Shown in pieces: positions 1-13,411 of a stretch of 64,000 bases of DNA; position 1 is the stretch's first letter; each line of letters starts with the position of its first letter. The notes beneath the pieces are model-generated. The model did not search any database, had not been told where the DNA came from, and saw only the letters and a program-made list of their open reading frames with translations. Position numbers and translations under genes: made by a program. The DNA is from Camelus ferus (lineage: Eukaryota), in assembly GCF_009834535.1 (NCBI RefSeq), contig NC_045696.1:68760001-68824000 (forward strand), written 5' to 3'.

Positions 1-262
1 AGTTTATATTCTATGTCTATGAGTCTGTTTCTGTTTTGTATTTATGTTTTGGTTTTTTTAGATTCCACATATAAGTGATCTCATATGGTATTTTTCTTTC
101 TCTTTCTGGCTTGCTTCACTTAGAATGACATTCTCCAGGAACATCCATGGAGATGGCATTATGTTGTCGGTTTTTATGGCTGAATAGTATTCCAATGTAT
201 AAATATACCACATCTTCTTTATCCAGTCATCTGTTAATGGACATTTAGGCTGTTTCCATGCT
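1..262 (-). mobile_element. LINE-1 3' fragment, truncated by window start
   Basis: Typical antisense L1 3' sequence (tccacatataagtgat..., tagtattcca..., ggacatttaggctgtttccat); similar to the copies near 58500 and 62900. Confidence 0.85.
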
Positions 263-322
263 TATGGTTTATAAATACTGTTATTTTCACTGTTTTACAA
301 ATGAAAGATCTTTTCTACAGAG

Positions 323-757
323 TGTACTCATTCCCTAGGGTTGCCATAAAACTTACCATAAATTTGGTTGTTTATTACAGTTCTGGAGGGCAGATGACTG
401 AAATCAAAGTGTTGGCAGGGCCATGTCTCCTCCAAAGGCTGTAGGGAAGAATCCTTACTTGCCTCTTCTAGCTGCCTGGGAGTTGTTGGCAATCCTTGGC
501 ACGTCTGGCTGCGGCAACATATCTCCAATCTCTGCCTCTGTCTTCACACTTCCCTCTGTGTGTGTCTCTGTATCCAAGCTTCCCTCTTCTTATAAGAACA
601 CCAGTCATTGGGTTAGGGTCTGCCCTAATCCAGCATCTTAACCTAACTGCATGGGCAAAAACCTATTTGGTCCTAGAAGGTCCTGAAGGTCAAGTCAGGT
701 CCAAAAAGTTCAGACTTCAACACATCATTTTGGGGAATACAATTGAGCCTGCAACAC
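323..757 (-). mobile_element. MaLR solo LTR (MLT1-like)
   Basis: TGT...ACA ends and MLT1 motifs (acagttctggagg, cttataagaacaccagtcattgg); reverse-complement similarity to the MLT1 at 47305-48241. Confidence 0.75.
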
Positions 758-962
758 AGAGAGTTTAAATAATTTTCCCAACATCTACTAATCAGTGAAA
801 ACTCATGTGCAATTTATAGAAACATGAGATCCCACATGATCCAGTCTCAGTAAAGGGTTACATCCAAAACACAGATACATAAACAATTGAAGTCAATTCA
901 CAATTTGACTCACTGTCTTGAGAACCGAAAAAAAGGCGGAGATGTTCTTATCACAAACATTC

Positions 963-1128
963 TTTTTTTTTTTTTTTGAAGTATAGTCTAGACATGGAAA
1001 CAACTTAAATGTCCATCGACAGAAGACTGGGTAAAGAAGTTATGGTATATTTATACAATGGAATACTACTCAGCCATAAAAAAGAATGAAATAATCCCAT
1101 TTGCAGCAACATGGATAGACATAGAAAT
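963..1128. mobile_element. Short LINE-1 insertion with inverted structure
   Basis: Poly-T plus gaagtatagt (antisense L1 tip) joined directly to a sense L1 3' segment (aaatgtccatcgacag...gcagcaacatggat). Confidence 0.7.
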
Positions 1129-2409
1129 CACAAATAGTTCTTAAATGTTCCATCCCTCTCCTACATTTCCCTCTTCCTCTCCCTGCCCACCTCACTCACT
1201 CCCTCCTCCCTCTCTTGTTCCTTCCCCCAAAGTCTTCATGAACTTAACACCAAGGATCTCTTCTGTTTCCCCTCATTCATTCACTTACAGCCTATCCACT
1301 GGCTCCCTCTTGGACCTGACAACCACAAAAAAACATTCCCTGACATGAGACCCACCCTGCCATGCACTGCCATATGTGAATTTTAGTTGTTCTGAGTTTC
1401 TAGCTTTTTCAGAATTTTATTTTTCAATGTATTGTTTGTGTGGAGTTAAAGCAAAGATTTTCATCTCTTTTTGAGCTTTGTTGGGACCCAAAGGCTAGAA
1501 AACAATGAGAGAAGGTGAGAGAGTGATGAAGAGTCCTCATACCTGACCATGAGGGAGGGAGGAGACTCAGGTGGTTATGAGAGTTGGAGGTACTAGAAAC
1601 CCACCCTGAACTTCCAAGCTGGTTCAGTTGTCCTGTATGAGTGCTCTCTTTGTTTGTTGACTGGAACTGATTGATTGTATGCCATTGGGTAGAAGCAAAA
1701 GGGAAGGAGCTGTGGACCCAAATTTCTTTTTAAAATACTTTTAAAACATAAAAACAGGAAAAAGAAAAATTAAAATACTTACTGTTCCACTAGCCATTGT
1801 TAAGTTTGCTCTACTTCCTTCTACTTTTTATTTTCTATGTATACTTTCAACAGTTATAATTACACTAAATATACAATTTGTTCTGCTTTTTCACTTAATA
1901 TAACCAACTAAGAACATTTCCAGATCATTGAAAATTCTCCATTAATGAGATTATCAATGGCTGCTTAACTGAAGTAATACTAGTGTAACTGTGTAACTGT
2001 CCCCCTAGAATTGTGTATTTACTATTGTTTCCAGTTTTCTGTTATTATATGTAACTGCCATAAATATCATTGTTCATAAAAGATTTTTCCACAATTAGAA
2101 TGTCTTCCTCTACGTTATATTCCCAGATATGGGACCAAGGAAGAGCTTTCTAAGCCAAGAATAATCCAAAATTGCCTGATCTATCTTAGAAGGTGGTGAG
2201 TTTCTCATCTCTGCAACTTATTATAAAAAACTTATTGGAAAAATAAACTTACTTTCATAAAGTTGTGGTAGAAAGATAAGAAGTTACATCAGGTAACTTT
2301 CAAGGCCCCAAGAACCTATGAGATGGTAACTCTTAAAATTTCAGTTCACCAATGTCAGTCTCACTCTTTGTCCCAAGTTACTCCTTACTTCCCATGACAT
2401 ATCTAGAGT

Positions 2410-3175
2410 GCTGTGTAACAAACCACTCCAAAATTTAGTAGCCAAAACAACATCGATTTTATTTGTTCATGATGAACAGGTCAGGAGTTTAGGCTAGGCT
2501 TGGCAGGATGGTCCCTTTGCTGGATTTGCTTGAGGTCAATCGTGTGGCTCTAGTCTGTATTAAACAGAGTCTAGTCAGGAAGACAGAGCCTCTGCGAGTA
2601 TTGTGACATAATGGCTATTTATGGGAAGGGAACTCATGCCATTATAGGAGAAGCTAGGAAAGTAAAGGCCCCAGATTCTCATAGACAGAGAGTTGGAGGA
2701 CCACAGAAATTTCACTGATCTGTTCTCCTGAAGCTGTGGCATGAGTGGAAATGTTGGCATTGGCAGGAGAATCTGAGAACTCAAGCCCATCGAAGAAGCC
2801 AAAGTGGGACAATGAAGGGGGAGCTCAAGGAGAGAAGTCTATGAAAAGCTGTTGGCTCTAAGCAGCTACTGTCTCTATGGGTTCCCCTGCAAGCCTCTGG
2901 TGGGCCGGGGCCACTGTAGGTCATCAGAGCCAGTAGCTGGAAGGAAGAGCTGGATGCAGAATGGAGGAGAGTGAAGACAAAGTAGAACCTACTGGCACAT
3001 CTCCACCTGTTCCTCCCTGTATCTGATCATAAAACAGCCTTCAGAGAGTAAGGACTGTTGCCTTCCAAACTCACACACGTTTCTTTTTTGACCAACTCTA
3101 ACCTGGAACTATACAGGGAAGGCAATTTGGGGGAATGTAGTTTCCAGCCTAACTAAATGGCCAGCAGGGCAATCC
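2410..3175. mobile_element. Degraded MaLR/ERVL-type LTR fragments
   Basis: MLT1-like start (tgtgtaacaaaccactccaaaatttagt) followed by LTR33-like motifs (accaactctaacctggaactatacagggaagg); boundaries approximate. Confidence 0.5.
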
Positions 3176-6100
3176 AGACACTCTCTGAATATCTCTAAAT
3201 TATATCTGAAAAGCTTTTCAAGGTTCCAAAGAAGATGTCAGAGGGGCTCCAGGATGTAGCTTGGGAACATTGACAAGCAAAGCCCTGAGGCATTTGGGCT
3301 TATATGATAGCCTTTTCTTGTTTGCCTCATGTCTTAAAGTAGTATGAGCATTACTGGCTAGGGAATCAGAATGCTGCATTGTGGACCTGAAGCCACTACT
3401 CACTAGGTAATGACCTTGCTTGATCCGTTTAAATCATCTTGGCTTCTAGTTTTTCATTGAGCAGCTGCCAATGTATTTGTAGGCTCTGTTGAGATGACTT
3501 CATGGACATGTGGAGAGCAGCCATAGCTGTCTTCCCACAGAAATTTGGCCAACTTTTCTGCTGCCTAGCCTTAGCTTTGCCTCAGAGCTTTGTGCTGTTT
3601 CTACTAAGGCAGAAAATTCATAGGAAACAGGCTCTGGCTTCTCCTCCTCAGAGCTTTCTTCCCTGCCTCTTGTCCCCAACCGAACCCCTTTCCTACATCA
3701 GGTGGTCGTGACAGGGGAGGGGCAATTGAGACTCTACATGCCCCAGGACTTCCCAGTTCTCTCTGCCTAGTTGTTCTCTCTACTTCCCGCCAGCCCTCCA
3801 CCTACTATTTCTACCTGCCTAAATCGTACTCACCTTTCAGTCCTCAGCTCAAAGAACATTCTCTCCTTCCTAAGTATTTTCTGATTCCCCTCAGCTGGAT
3901 GCAATATTTTCACTTTTTAAATCCCTGGGGCTTCCTAGCTTTCACTGCAGTACCTATACTCTGGCGATTCCCTAACACATGCACATTTGAGTTCTTATCT
4001 TACTCTCCTACTAAATTTTAACATTCCCAGAGGCAGGGGATTTGTACATTAAGCACATGCAACATATAAGTAATTTTTGGCATCCTTCTCATTATAATGC
4101 AGACAGAATGTGGTATCTAAGTCTTTGTTGAGTTGAGAAAAATATATAAATATTTGTTGAGAACATGCATCCATGTTTTGGTGCACTAAGTCACAGTAGT
4201 CTAAAAGGACACGGCTGTCCATAATAAGAAATAGAAAAATGAAGTCTGTGATCCCCAGCCAGATGGTTCTCTATTATTATGAATTTTGTGTTTTCATTTG
4301 ATAAGGAATTTCCCTTCATCGTGTTAATATGGTGACCTCTAAATGGGACCCTGAAATGGGACAGTCCAAGCAGAAGCCAGGGCTCAGTCCTTGCCTGGAC
4401 TCAGAAGTCAATGATTTTGTAGAATTTTACAATCGTAGCAGGGGCCGCATTTATTAAGCAGGGCCAGTGACCCCTCTGTTTAGGTTATGGCTGGAGCTGT
4501 CACTGAGCTACATCCTCTCTGGGAGACAGTCCATGCACCCAAGATAAAGTTTCAAGAGGCCCTTGAGCCAGGAAAGTTGTTTGGCAAAGCGCCTATGTCT
4601 TTGGTCATATGCTCTGTGGATTGGGGGGTTCCTTTCTCCGGGGTCAGGACAGTTCCAAAGCAAAATTGGTATCAGGAAATGCTCCTGGTTATCTCTCTAC
4701 TCTTGAGCAAGTCACTGCCCCTCTCTGGACCTCAGTTTCCTCTAGAAGGAAGGGGATTGAAATAGTTCTTAAAGGTCCGTCCCTCCCAGCTTGAATATTT
4801 GAGAACTCTATTCTGAGCTGCAGGCTGAATTCCCATGGCCCTGAGGCCCTCTCTCCCCTGCTTCTAAAGGTGTATTTGGCTGAGAGTTTTCCACAGGTCG
4901 TAGCTGGGGCATGCTTACCCATTCTCTGAAATACCCTGGCTCTGCAGGTGATGATCATTTATCTGCCATTATAAAAAGTCCTTAAACCTGAAAGTTACAA
5001 AGAGGGAGGTTGTTTATCACAGCCCTTCATTAGGTCTCTCCCTAATCCAAATTACTTCTGGTTGGTTTCACTGGAAAGTGCCCCTGCTATAGGTACTATG
5101 GAACCCAAGAGACCTTGGGGATACCGAATTACAGGAAGGAGGCTGCTGTCTCTGAAAGTGTTAATGCTCAAGGCATGACTCTTCATTAGTAATTGATTCT
5201 GTATTACTTGGTTATAGACCACAAACCAGTTCAAGTTCATCAAGTTCTCCAGCAGGAAACAGTCTGAGCATTGAAACTCCTCACCATCCTCTGGTTGGTT
5301 TATTTACTATATGAACATGGTGACTTGTTAGAATACTAGGATGTCGGAACTGAGAACATAAAGCTCAGCTGCTTCAGACTCCCGTGGGTAGCTGAGAGCT
5401 ACCGGAGTCAGCCCTGTAACAGTTCATGGTGGAGTCAGGAATAGGGCTCAGGACCTACTGCCAGGTCCACACACTTCACTCCAAAGCAGAGATTACCAAG
5501 AGAGTGCACTCCAGTTCATGCAGTTATTCATGCAAGAAGCCTTCTCCCAGGCCCTAACTCTAAATCTATTCAGTCTTATTTTTATTAAGTTCTAACCATA
5601 GCAGCTAAATTGGTTTCTATTTAACAACATATTTCCACTAATAAACTGGTTTAAAAAAAAAAACAGGACATAAAACACTACATAAAGAAGACATAAGAAT
5701 TGCAAAGGCACTGTAGTCTGGGGACCTTCAGTAAAGGGCAAGCAACATTATGCAACTCAATATCCCCGAGATAGTTGATGTTCATAATAATGTCCCTGGA
5801 TCACTAAGAAGGGTTAACATGTTTTTACCTAAGAAAGCAGGGATTTGTATAAAGGACTTTAAAAAGCATTACACCCCCCAAAATTTTTTTAAATTATAGT
5901 TAGGTAAAACTTCAGCTACGTGGAAAACAGATAGTCCAAATAGCAAACCAGCTGTGATGTTCAAGAAAGTGACATTTCAGCTGTGCAGATAGGTACATTC
6001 TGCAGTAGTAAGACTGGTGTGAGTTTGGCTAGTATCTGCAGAGAAGAGGAAAAAACAGCAAAGCCATGATCTCATCTTCTGTTTACACTTCAGTTCCCAA

Positions 6101-7571
6101 AGTTAGTGATTAATTGTCCTTGTGTTTTGTTGCCAGGGAAAATTGTTTTTCTTTAAAACTCCCACTTATTTTAAATAAATAAATCATTAGTTTCAAAACA
6201 GAAGTGTCAAATGTCAAGATACTTCTGACATACTAAGCTAATGAACAAAACGATGAATTTACTAGAAGCTACTCGAGATGAGCAGTCTTTGAGAATGTTC
6301 CTTTGATGACTTTGAAAGGCAGCAGAAATCATTTTTGATAAGAGATTTTCCCATGAATCTTAGTTAAAACATCAATCTAGAGGTTGCAAACACAACCTTA
6401 AAAGAATAGGGTAAGTATAAATGATAGAGGTAGGCCAAGTGTTGGTTATCAAATAAATATACCAACCAGCTACTACACTGTGCTTCCCAAACCGAACTCA
6501 CACAAAATCAGCTTTAGGCAACCAGTTTAGAATCTCTCCTTGGGTCTCTGAATTTACCTAGGGCCTCTGGTTCCTCCAAAGTAGGGAATTATTCTTTTTA
6601 GTAAATAGACAATTTTTGCATCTGAGTTTTAACACAAATGCAACTATTTCTGGGTGATTCCAGTAGTTTCTGAATTATTAAGAGTACCTATTAAGTAGAG
6701 TTCCAATTACATGTTTTCCCTTTACACACAGGATTGAGTCACTTCTTGTTATTATGGCATTCAAGGTCAACCATAATCTAGTTTTAACCTGTCCTTCCAA
6801 ATATATTTCCTCCTACATCCCCACAGACTGCCTGGCTTTCGTCTCGTTCTTAGAATAGGTCTGGCACTTTCAGCTCTTGATGACCAATATTTATTGGGTA
6901 ACTACTATGTGCTGGGTCCTGTTCCATTCACTGAAGACATATCTGTAAAGAAAACACAGTCTCACTCTCCTGCAACTTACATTTCAGTGGAGATGTTTCA
7001 TCTCCTTCTGAGTGCATTCCCAATGCCAACACTTCTCCCACTGTATGATAGCTCTGTCTCTGCCTGTTTTCCTCCATCTGAACTCTGCCTCCTTCTGCAC
7101 AGCTCAGTGTCTGACTCATCTCCTATCACCCCCATACTATGCTTTGTTCAGTGGAAGGCACACACTGAATGCTCAGTGAATGACTTACATTGTGTATAAA
7201 GTTTCTTTCCCTGGCTACCTAAGTTCCTGTTGCATATAGAATCCATCTGTGAGATTGCCTAACTCTGGATTTTAACATTGAGTTGTTTTTAACAAATAGG
7301 CCTTTTTGTTGTCAACAGAAATGACAAATGTCAAGCTACTTCTGATGGACCTAAACAAAATGAATGAACTAGTGACTGGATGGCCACATTGACTTAAGCT
7401 GTTATGTGTCTTTCCTCAAATCCCAGAATCCCTAAACCCCTTTCTTTCTTTGGGCTTCCCAGGCTTCCTGGTCTACTCGTGGGCAGCCCCTCCCTCTTTC
7501 CTCCTGGAGACCAGCAGGGAAGCTAACTTGAGAAGCTGTTCATCTTGTTCCCTTTCTCTTTGACCCCAAAG

Positions 7572-7749
7572 GTAGAAACTGAAGACCAGGTGCTGGCAAC
7601 CTTTTGTGGCAGGGAGACCACAGACACGGAACAGACCCCTGGCCAGGAAGTGGTCCTCTCCCCTGGCTCCTTCATGTCCATCACTTTCCGGTCAGATTTC
7701 TCCAATGAAGAGCGATTCACAGGCTTTGAGGCCCACTACATGGCTGTGG
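7572..7749 (+). CDS. MASP1: MASP1 exon 3, CUB1 C-terminal part (VETEDQVLATFCGRE...AHYMAV)
   Basis: aag|GTAGAA acceptor, G|gtaagt donor, 178 bp; translation matches MASP-1/3 CUB1. Confidence 0.97.
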
Positions 7750-7839
7750 GTAAGTTGGAGAAATGGGTGGTTCATCCCCAGGTCTCCCTTTCTCTCTCAA
7801 TATTAAAAGTTCCTTGTGCTGTCTTCTTTACAATGGACA

Positions 7840-8880
7840 CTGGTGTACTCACCACATAGATTCTACCATTAATGTCTTACAGCATTTGCTCTGTCACATA
7901 TCTATTTATCTGTCTATTTTTTGTCTGTATATCATTTTTTTTGATGCATTTCAAAATAAATTGCAGATATCAGTATAGCACTTCCTAAATACTTTGGCAT
8001 GCATATTGTTTATTCAAAGGTTCAATATCCACATTTTTTTCTCTTAATGTAAAATTTACATTCAATGAAATGCACAAATCTTAAGCACATTTGTTGAGTT
8101 TTTAAAGATTTATATTTGTATGTAACCCAAACCCCTAACAAGATGATGAACTTCACGGTCAACCCAGAAAGTTCCCTCATGCTCCTTCCCAGTCGCACCT
8201 GTCCCATCTCCTTTAGAGGCCACATCGTCCTGATTTTTTCCCCACCCACCATAGATTAGTTTTGCCTCTTCTAAAACTTCATGTAAATGATCACACAGAG
8301 AATATATTTTGGGAGTGAGGATTCTTTTACTCAGAATGAAGTTTTTGATATATATTCCTATTGTTGCAGTGTATCAGTAATTGCTTCTTTGCTTGCTGGA
8401 ATAATTTTCTATTGTATAAATATACTGTAGTCTGTTTATCCATTCCCCTATTGACAGACATCTGAGTTCTATCCATGTTTTGGCTCTCAGGGATAAAACT
8501 TTTATGAACCTTTTTGTACAAGCCTTTTTGTGAACATATGTTTTCACTTCTGTTGGGTAAATATCTCGGAGCAGAATTGCGGAGTCATTAGGTAGGTATA
8601 TGTTTAGTTCTCTAAGAAATTGTCAGACTTTTTCCAAAGTATTTGCACCATTTTGTATCCCTCCACCAATACATGAGCATTTTGGTTGCTCTAAATCCTC
8701 ACCAACATTTGATGTTATCAATTTTAAAAATTTTAACTGTTCTGGAGAGTATATGGTAGTACTTCATTATGGTTGTACTTGACATTTCCCTAGTGCCTAG
8801 TGATGTTGAGAATCTTGTCATGTGCTTCTTGGCCATTCCTGTACCTTTTGGAGGAAAAATATATGTTCAAATTTTTAATT
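7840..8880 (-). mobile_element. Old LINE-1 (L1M-type) 3' fragments
   Basis: Antisense L1 3' motifs (aatgaaatgcacaaatcttaag, ggtaggtatatgtttagtt, ttgtatccctccacca); boundaries approximate. Confidence 0.7.
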
Positions 8881-8964
8881 GGGTTGAGAACATACATCTT
8901 TTTATCTTTATATTTCCAGTGCCTAGGATACGGCTTGACTCATAGTAGAGACTTAGAGAGAGGC

Positions 8965-9330
8965 AGGATGGAGGAGAGGTTAAGAGCCCAGGTTCTAGAG
9001 CCAGCCCATCTGGATTTGAATGCTGACTCCACCATTTACTATCTGTATGACTTGGAGTAAGTTTTTTAACGGCTCTTAGTCTCAGTTTCATCATCTATAG
9101 AAAAGGGATCATAACAGCCCTGCTTGCTATAATCACAACTGTTAGAGAACTGTGGCACAACCAGGAATCCAGTTTCCTGGATTTGAACCTGGCTCTCTTT
9201 GATCTTGGGTAAGTTTCCTCATTTATATATGGATGTAGTGGCTACTTATGGGCTTTAGGTGAGGCTTCAAGGGGGGAATACAGGTACCCCCCAACACAGT
9301 GAGTGCCCCACACTGAGTGCTCTGTAAATG
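8965..9330 (+). mobile_element. MIR SINE fragments
   Basis: MIR core (ctcagtttcatcatctatagaaaagggat; gggtaagtttcctcatt). Confidence 0.6.
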
Positions 9331-9384
9331 TTGGCTGTTGTCTTCACCGTTACGCATGACTGAGAGGCTCTCCTTGCCCTGCAG

Positions 9385-9516
9385 ATGTGGACGAGTGCAC
9401 GGAGCGGGAGGACGAGGAGCTGTCCTGTGACCACTACTGCCACAACTACATCGGCGGCTACTACTGCTCCTGTCGCTTCGGCTACATCCTCCACACCGAC
9501 AACAGGACGTGCCGAG
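9385..9516 (+). CDS. MASP1: MASP1 exon 4, calcium-binding EGF-like domain ([44 protein letters not shown])
   Basis: cag|AT acceptor, G|gtgggg donor, 132 bp, phase 1-1; six-cysteine EGF pattern. Confidence 0.97.
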
Positions 9517-11630
9517 GTGGGGCCCAGAAATGACTCTGTGCATCGCTGTACATGCCCTGTTTTCCAATAAGATTAGGGGAGGCTCAGAGGGAGGACAGAT
9601 ACGCAGTAGAAACAATTAAGTCAAATCAGAGAGCTGTGCCTCAGATACCACATGGGTTAAGATACCAAAATGCCAACCAGCCTGGAAGTGGGGTGCAGGT
9701 TCTCAGAAGACCGCATTTGAGAAGCCCTAGCATCTAGGCCATCCTTCTTCCTGGCAGGAATTTCTCCTTCTTAATCCCTGTTTCCTCTCCTACTGTAGGT
9801 AATTGGCGTGGCCAAGTGAAGGGAGAACCCAGGTTTCCCAGTCCTCTTTCTCTGAGCCATGAGCCAGGCCTCACCCAGCAGATCCTTTCTCTCTGCATTT
9901 CCATGGCCCCTCAAGTTCCTCTGTGATAGAGAGAACATCAGGGCAAGGGGCAGAAGAGGGAGGAGAGAGGCAAAGACAGAGCAAGAAAACGTCCCATTCC
10001 TTTCAGCTCCCTTTGCTTTCACCTCTCAATATGTTTCCTCTCTACCGTAGCCTCCGGGCTAGGGCAGGGATGGAGAGATGGCAGGGCTCAGCCACTTTCC
10101 AGGGGGACCTCCTGGTTAGCAGAGTAATAGCCACATAAGCCAATGGTCAAATGTAGTAAGTGCTGTAAAAGAAGTGTGGACTCGGCACCGTCAGACCTGA
10201 GTCTGCACAGAGAAGTCACAAGCACTTCCAGAGACAGTGCCCTTGACGGAGATGAGAGAACAAAGAAAAGGAGGGCACTCCAGCAGAGAGAAGAGCTTCT
10301 GCAAACATTCAGAAGCGTGACAGAATTTGGAACATTTGGGGAACTGCCAGCGGATTAGTATGGCTGCAGGATAAGGATCTGTGTTTTAGAAAGGTCCTTT
10401 GGAAGCAGAGTGAGGGATCATTGGAGGAGGGCAAGGCTGGAAACAAGAATTCTCTTCTCCCTCCTTCAAACCTTTTATTTGCTTCTGAATAAAACCCTAT
10501 AGGACCCATCAGTATAAAGCAGGTGCATACAGGAGTTTTCTTGAAGGGGGTTATATATTCCACAGTTTTCATTCAGTATTGAGTATATACTTTGTGCTGA
10601 GTACATAGGGACTAAGAATGAGCAATGTTTCTCCCCTCTAGCCCCAGGAGTCTTTTTAAACATTCTCTTCCTAATTACCTCACCCATGAAATTTCAATAC
10701 CACAGATATACTGCATATATGTGTGTCTGTCTGTGTATTATGCCTAAAAAGAGTAACAGCTCCCCTTTCCTAAGAACCAGTTTTGGTCCCTCTGGGCATG
10801 ATTTTCACCCCTCTTCCCCGTGAGAGGGCTTAGGGTAGAAAATGAAACCATGGGGGTTCAAGAGACCACTCTGAACCTTGTTCTGCAGCTCACAGCTATG
10901 GGACTTTGGCTTGGTCATGTCCCCTTTTGAGGCCACAGTTTTCTCATTTAAAAGGGGCAGGATAAACAAGAGCTTAGGAAGAGCTGACGTGCCAGATCCA
11001 GGATGGGTCAGCCCAAGGATGGTGGTTCAGTGGCAATAAAGGGGGTTTGGTGGGCTAAGCCATGGCCAGGATCCAGGGCACCGGGTTCTTGGTCGCAGCT
11101 GGTGGGGAACAGAGCAGAATCCCTGAGCCCAGGGGACTTACAGTCTAGTGGGGGCGGGAGAGTTCACTAACAAATATATTTCATAATGGCAAGTAGTAGT
11201 AAGCAGCATGAAGAGAAGGAAAGCAAGGCCAGGGGCCAGAGAGTGAGGGGTTGTGCAAGGGTCCTGTGTTAGAATGAGGGATCAGGGAGCCTTTGAGTAG
11301 AGACCTAATTGAGTTCTGGGCTGAGAAAACCAGACATTCCCCCTGACCACTCCATCTCAAAACCTCGCATCTCAGACCCCTCCTGCTCCCAACCAGTAGG
11401 AGAATCGGATGGGAAGGCTTATCACACTCACTACCTTTGAGTCTTGACTCTGCAGATTACTGAGTGTGCGACCTCGCGTAAGTCACCTCCCCATCTATAG
11501 GATGGGGATAATGATTCCTTCCCCGCTTGCCTCTCAGGACCACTGGGAAAATCGTACCGTAGCAGATAAGAAAGGGGCTGCTGTGGCCACGGGTGTGGTG
11601 TGCCACTTTGCTCCGGTGTGTTTCCCACAG

Positions 11631-11827
11631 TGGAGTGCAGTGACAACCTCTTCACCCAGAGGACCGGCGTGATCACCAGCCCCGACTTCCCTGGCCCTTA
11701 CCCTAAGAGCTCCGAATGCCTCTACACCATCGAGCTGGAGGAGGGTTTCATGGTCAGCCTGCAGTTTGAGGACATTTTTGACATTGAGGACCATCCTGAG
11801 GTGTCCTGCCCCTATGACTACATCAAG
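11631..11827 (+). CDS. MASP1: MASP1 exon 5, CUB2 N-terminal part (VECSDNLFTQRTG...CPYDYIK)
   Basis: cag|TG acceptor, AAG|gtaaga donor, 197 bp. Confidence 0.97.
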
Positions 11828-12399
11828 GTAAGACCGCAGTGGACATTGATCCTGGGTAGGCTGGAAAATCTTGGCTGAATTGAGAAAATTGATATTCTTG
11901 GCCCTCTACCTTCTCCCAGGATAGGGGGCTGAGCAGTTTGCTTCCCAACATGTAATTACTTAAAATAACATATACCAGCTTAATCAGATCCAGTCTAGGG
12001 CGATTCCCCAATCCAAAACTAGCCCTGTGCCCACTTGCAAAATCCTTTCTGCCATGAAACATAATATTCTCTGAAGTAACAGCAAGGTGAGGGTCATACA
12101 TCTTAGAACTCAGCCCATCACCCATCTTATCCCGGGAGCTATGCTGTGAGACTTATCCAAGCACGTAACCTCTCAGGGCTTCACTTTTCCCTCTCACTAC
12201 ATAAGAATGACAAGAAGATGCACCCAGGATTGTAGACATCACCAGATGAGGGTTAAGGAGTGCTAGTCCTCAGAGGCGGAAGGAGAAAGAGTTAAAGACA
12301 CAGGCAGGACCCCAGCCTGGTAGCTGGGAAATTCAGATCCACTGAGTGCTTCTTCCTGACTCTCCATCCCAAACCCTACTCTCTCCTGGCAACTGCAAA

Positions 12400-12990
12400 A
12401 CTTCCAGCAGGTTTTCTGACTTCTACCCTTGCTCCACACAGCCTGGTCTCTCACACAACATCGAGGGTGAATTTTATAAAAGCCAGGATAGATCAAGATT
12501 GTGCTTGGAATAAGCATAAACTCCACACAACGTGGCCTTTCCAACCTCAAGCCACAGCACTCCTGCTGCTGCAGCCCCACTGGCTTCCTTCTTGTGCTTG
12601 ATACTTGCCAGGCTCCTTCTCACCTTTGACCTTGACCTTTAATGTGGTGTTTTCTCTGCCTGGAAAGATTTCTCCCCTCTTCTTCAAATGACAAGCTCCT
12701 ACTCATCCTATATGTTTCAAATTCAATGTTGCCCCCTCAAAGAGGCCTTCCCTGACTACCTGTTTAAAGTTATTAGCTATTACATTAATGATGAGTTATA
12801 AGACTACATAGATTTTACTACATAAATCATAAACATGTAGCATATATTTATACTATGTATGTATGTCATCCTAATTATTTTTATAATGCTTATCACAGCC
12901 TATAATTATTTTGTTTATTATTTATAAGTCCCCCCACCCCTGACTAGACTAAGGGTCTTTGAGAACAGAGGCCTTTTCTATCCTGTGCAC
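12400..12990 (-). mobile_element. LINE-2 3' fragment
   Basis: Antisense L2 motifs (ctctgcctggaa, aagctcctactcatcc, agaggccttccctgactacc); boundaries approximate. Confidence 0.6.
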
Positions 12991-13263
12991 CTGGACAGGG
13001 CTCTGCCCCTTTCCAAGCCGTAATATGTTCATCTCTGATCAGAGGATTATTAATCTGCCTTGTCCAGGACCATTGTAAATTGTAAATGGGAGAGTGGAGA
13101 TGGAAACCTTTGGTGAGTAGTAATGCCTACTAAAAATGTGAGTGAATACCAGGGGCTCACGTAGAAGCTTCCAGAAAGTCCCGATGCAGTGTAGAGGCAA
13201 ACCCTGCAACAGCCACTGCCACTCAGATGTGACCCTGCTTTTTTTCTGTTTTTCTTCTCACAG

Positions 13264-13411
13264 ATTAAAACTGGTCCAAAAGTGCTGGGGCCCTTCTGTG
13301 GAGAGAAAGCCCCAGAACCCATCAATACCCAGAGCCACAGCGTCCAGATCCTGTTCCGCAGTGACAACTCGGGCGAGAACCGGGGCTGGAGGCTGTCATA
13401 CAGGGCGACAG
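13264..13411 (+). CDS. MASP1: MASP1 exon 6, CUB2 C-terminal part (IKTGPKVLGPFCGEKAP...WRLSYRAT)
   Basis: cag|ATT acceptor, G|gtactg donor, 148 bp. Confidence 0.97.

Noticed and set aside
5790..5818. aagggTTAA resembling a piggyBac terminus
   Set aside because: No matching opposite terminus found nearby; too short to call.
9517..9522. Weak donor GTGGGG after the EGF exon as a sign of gene decay
   Set aside because: GT is intact, the exonic side (GAG) fits the consensus and the frame joins exon 5 correctly.
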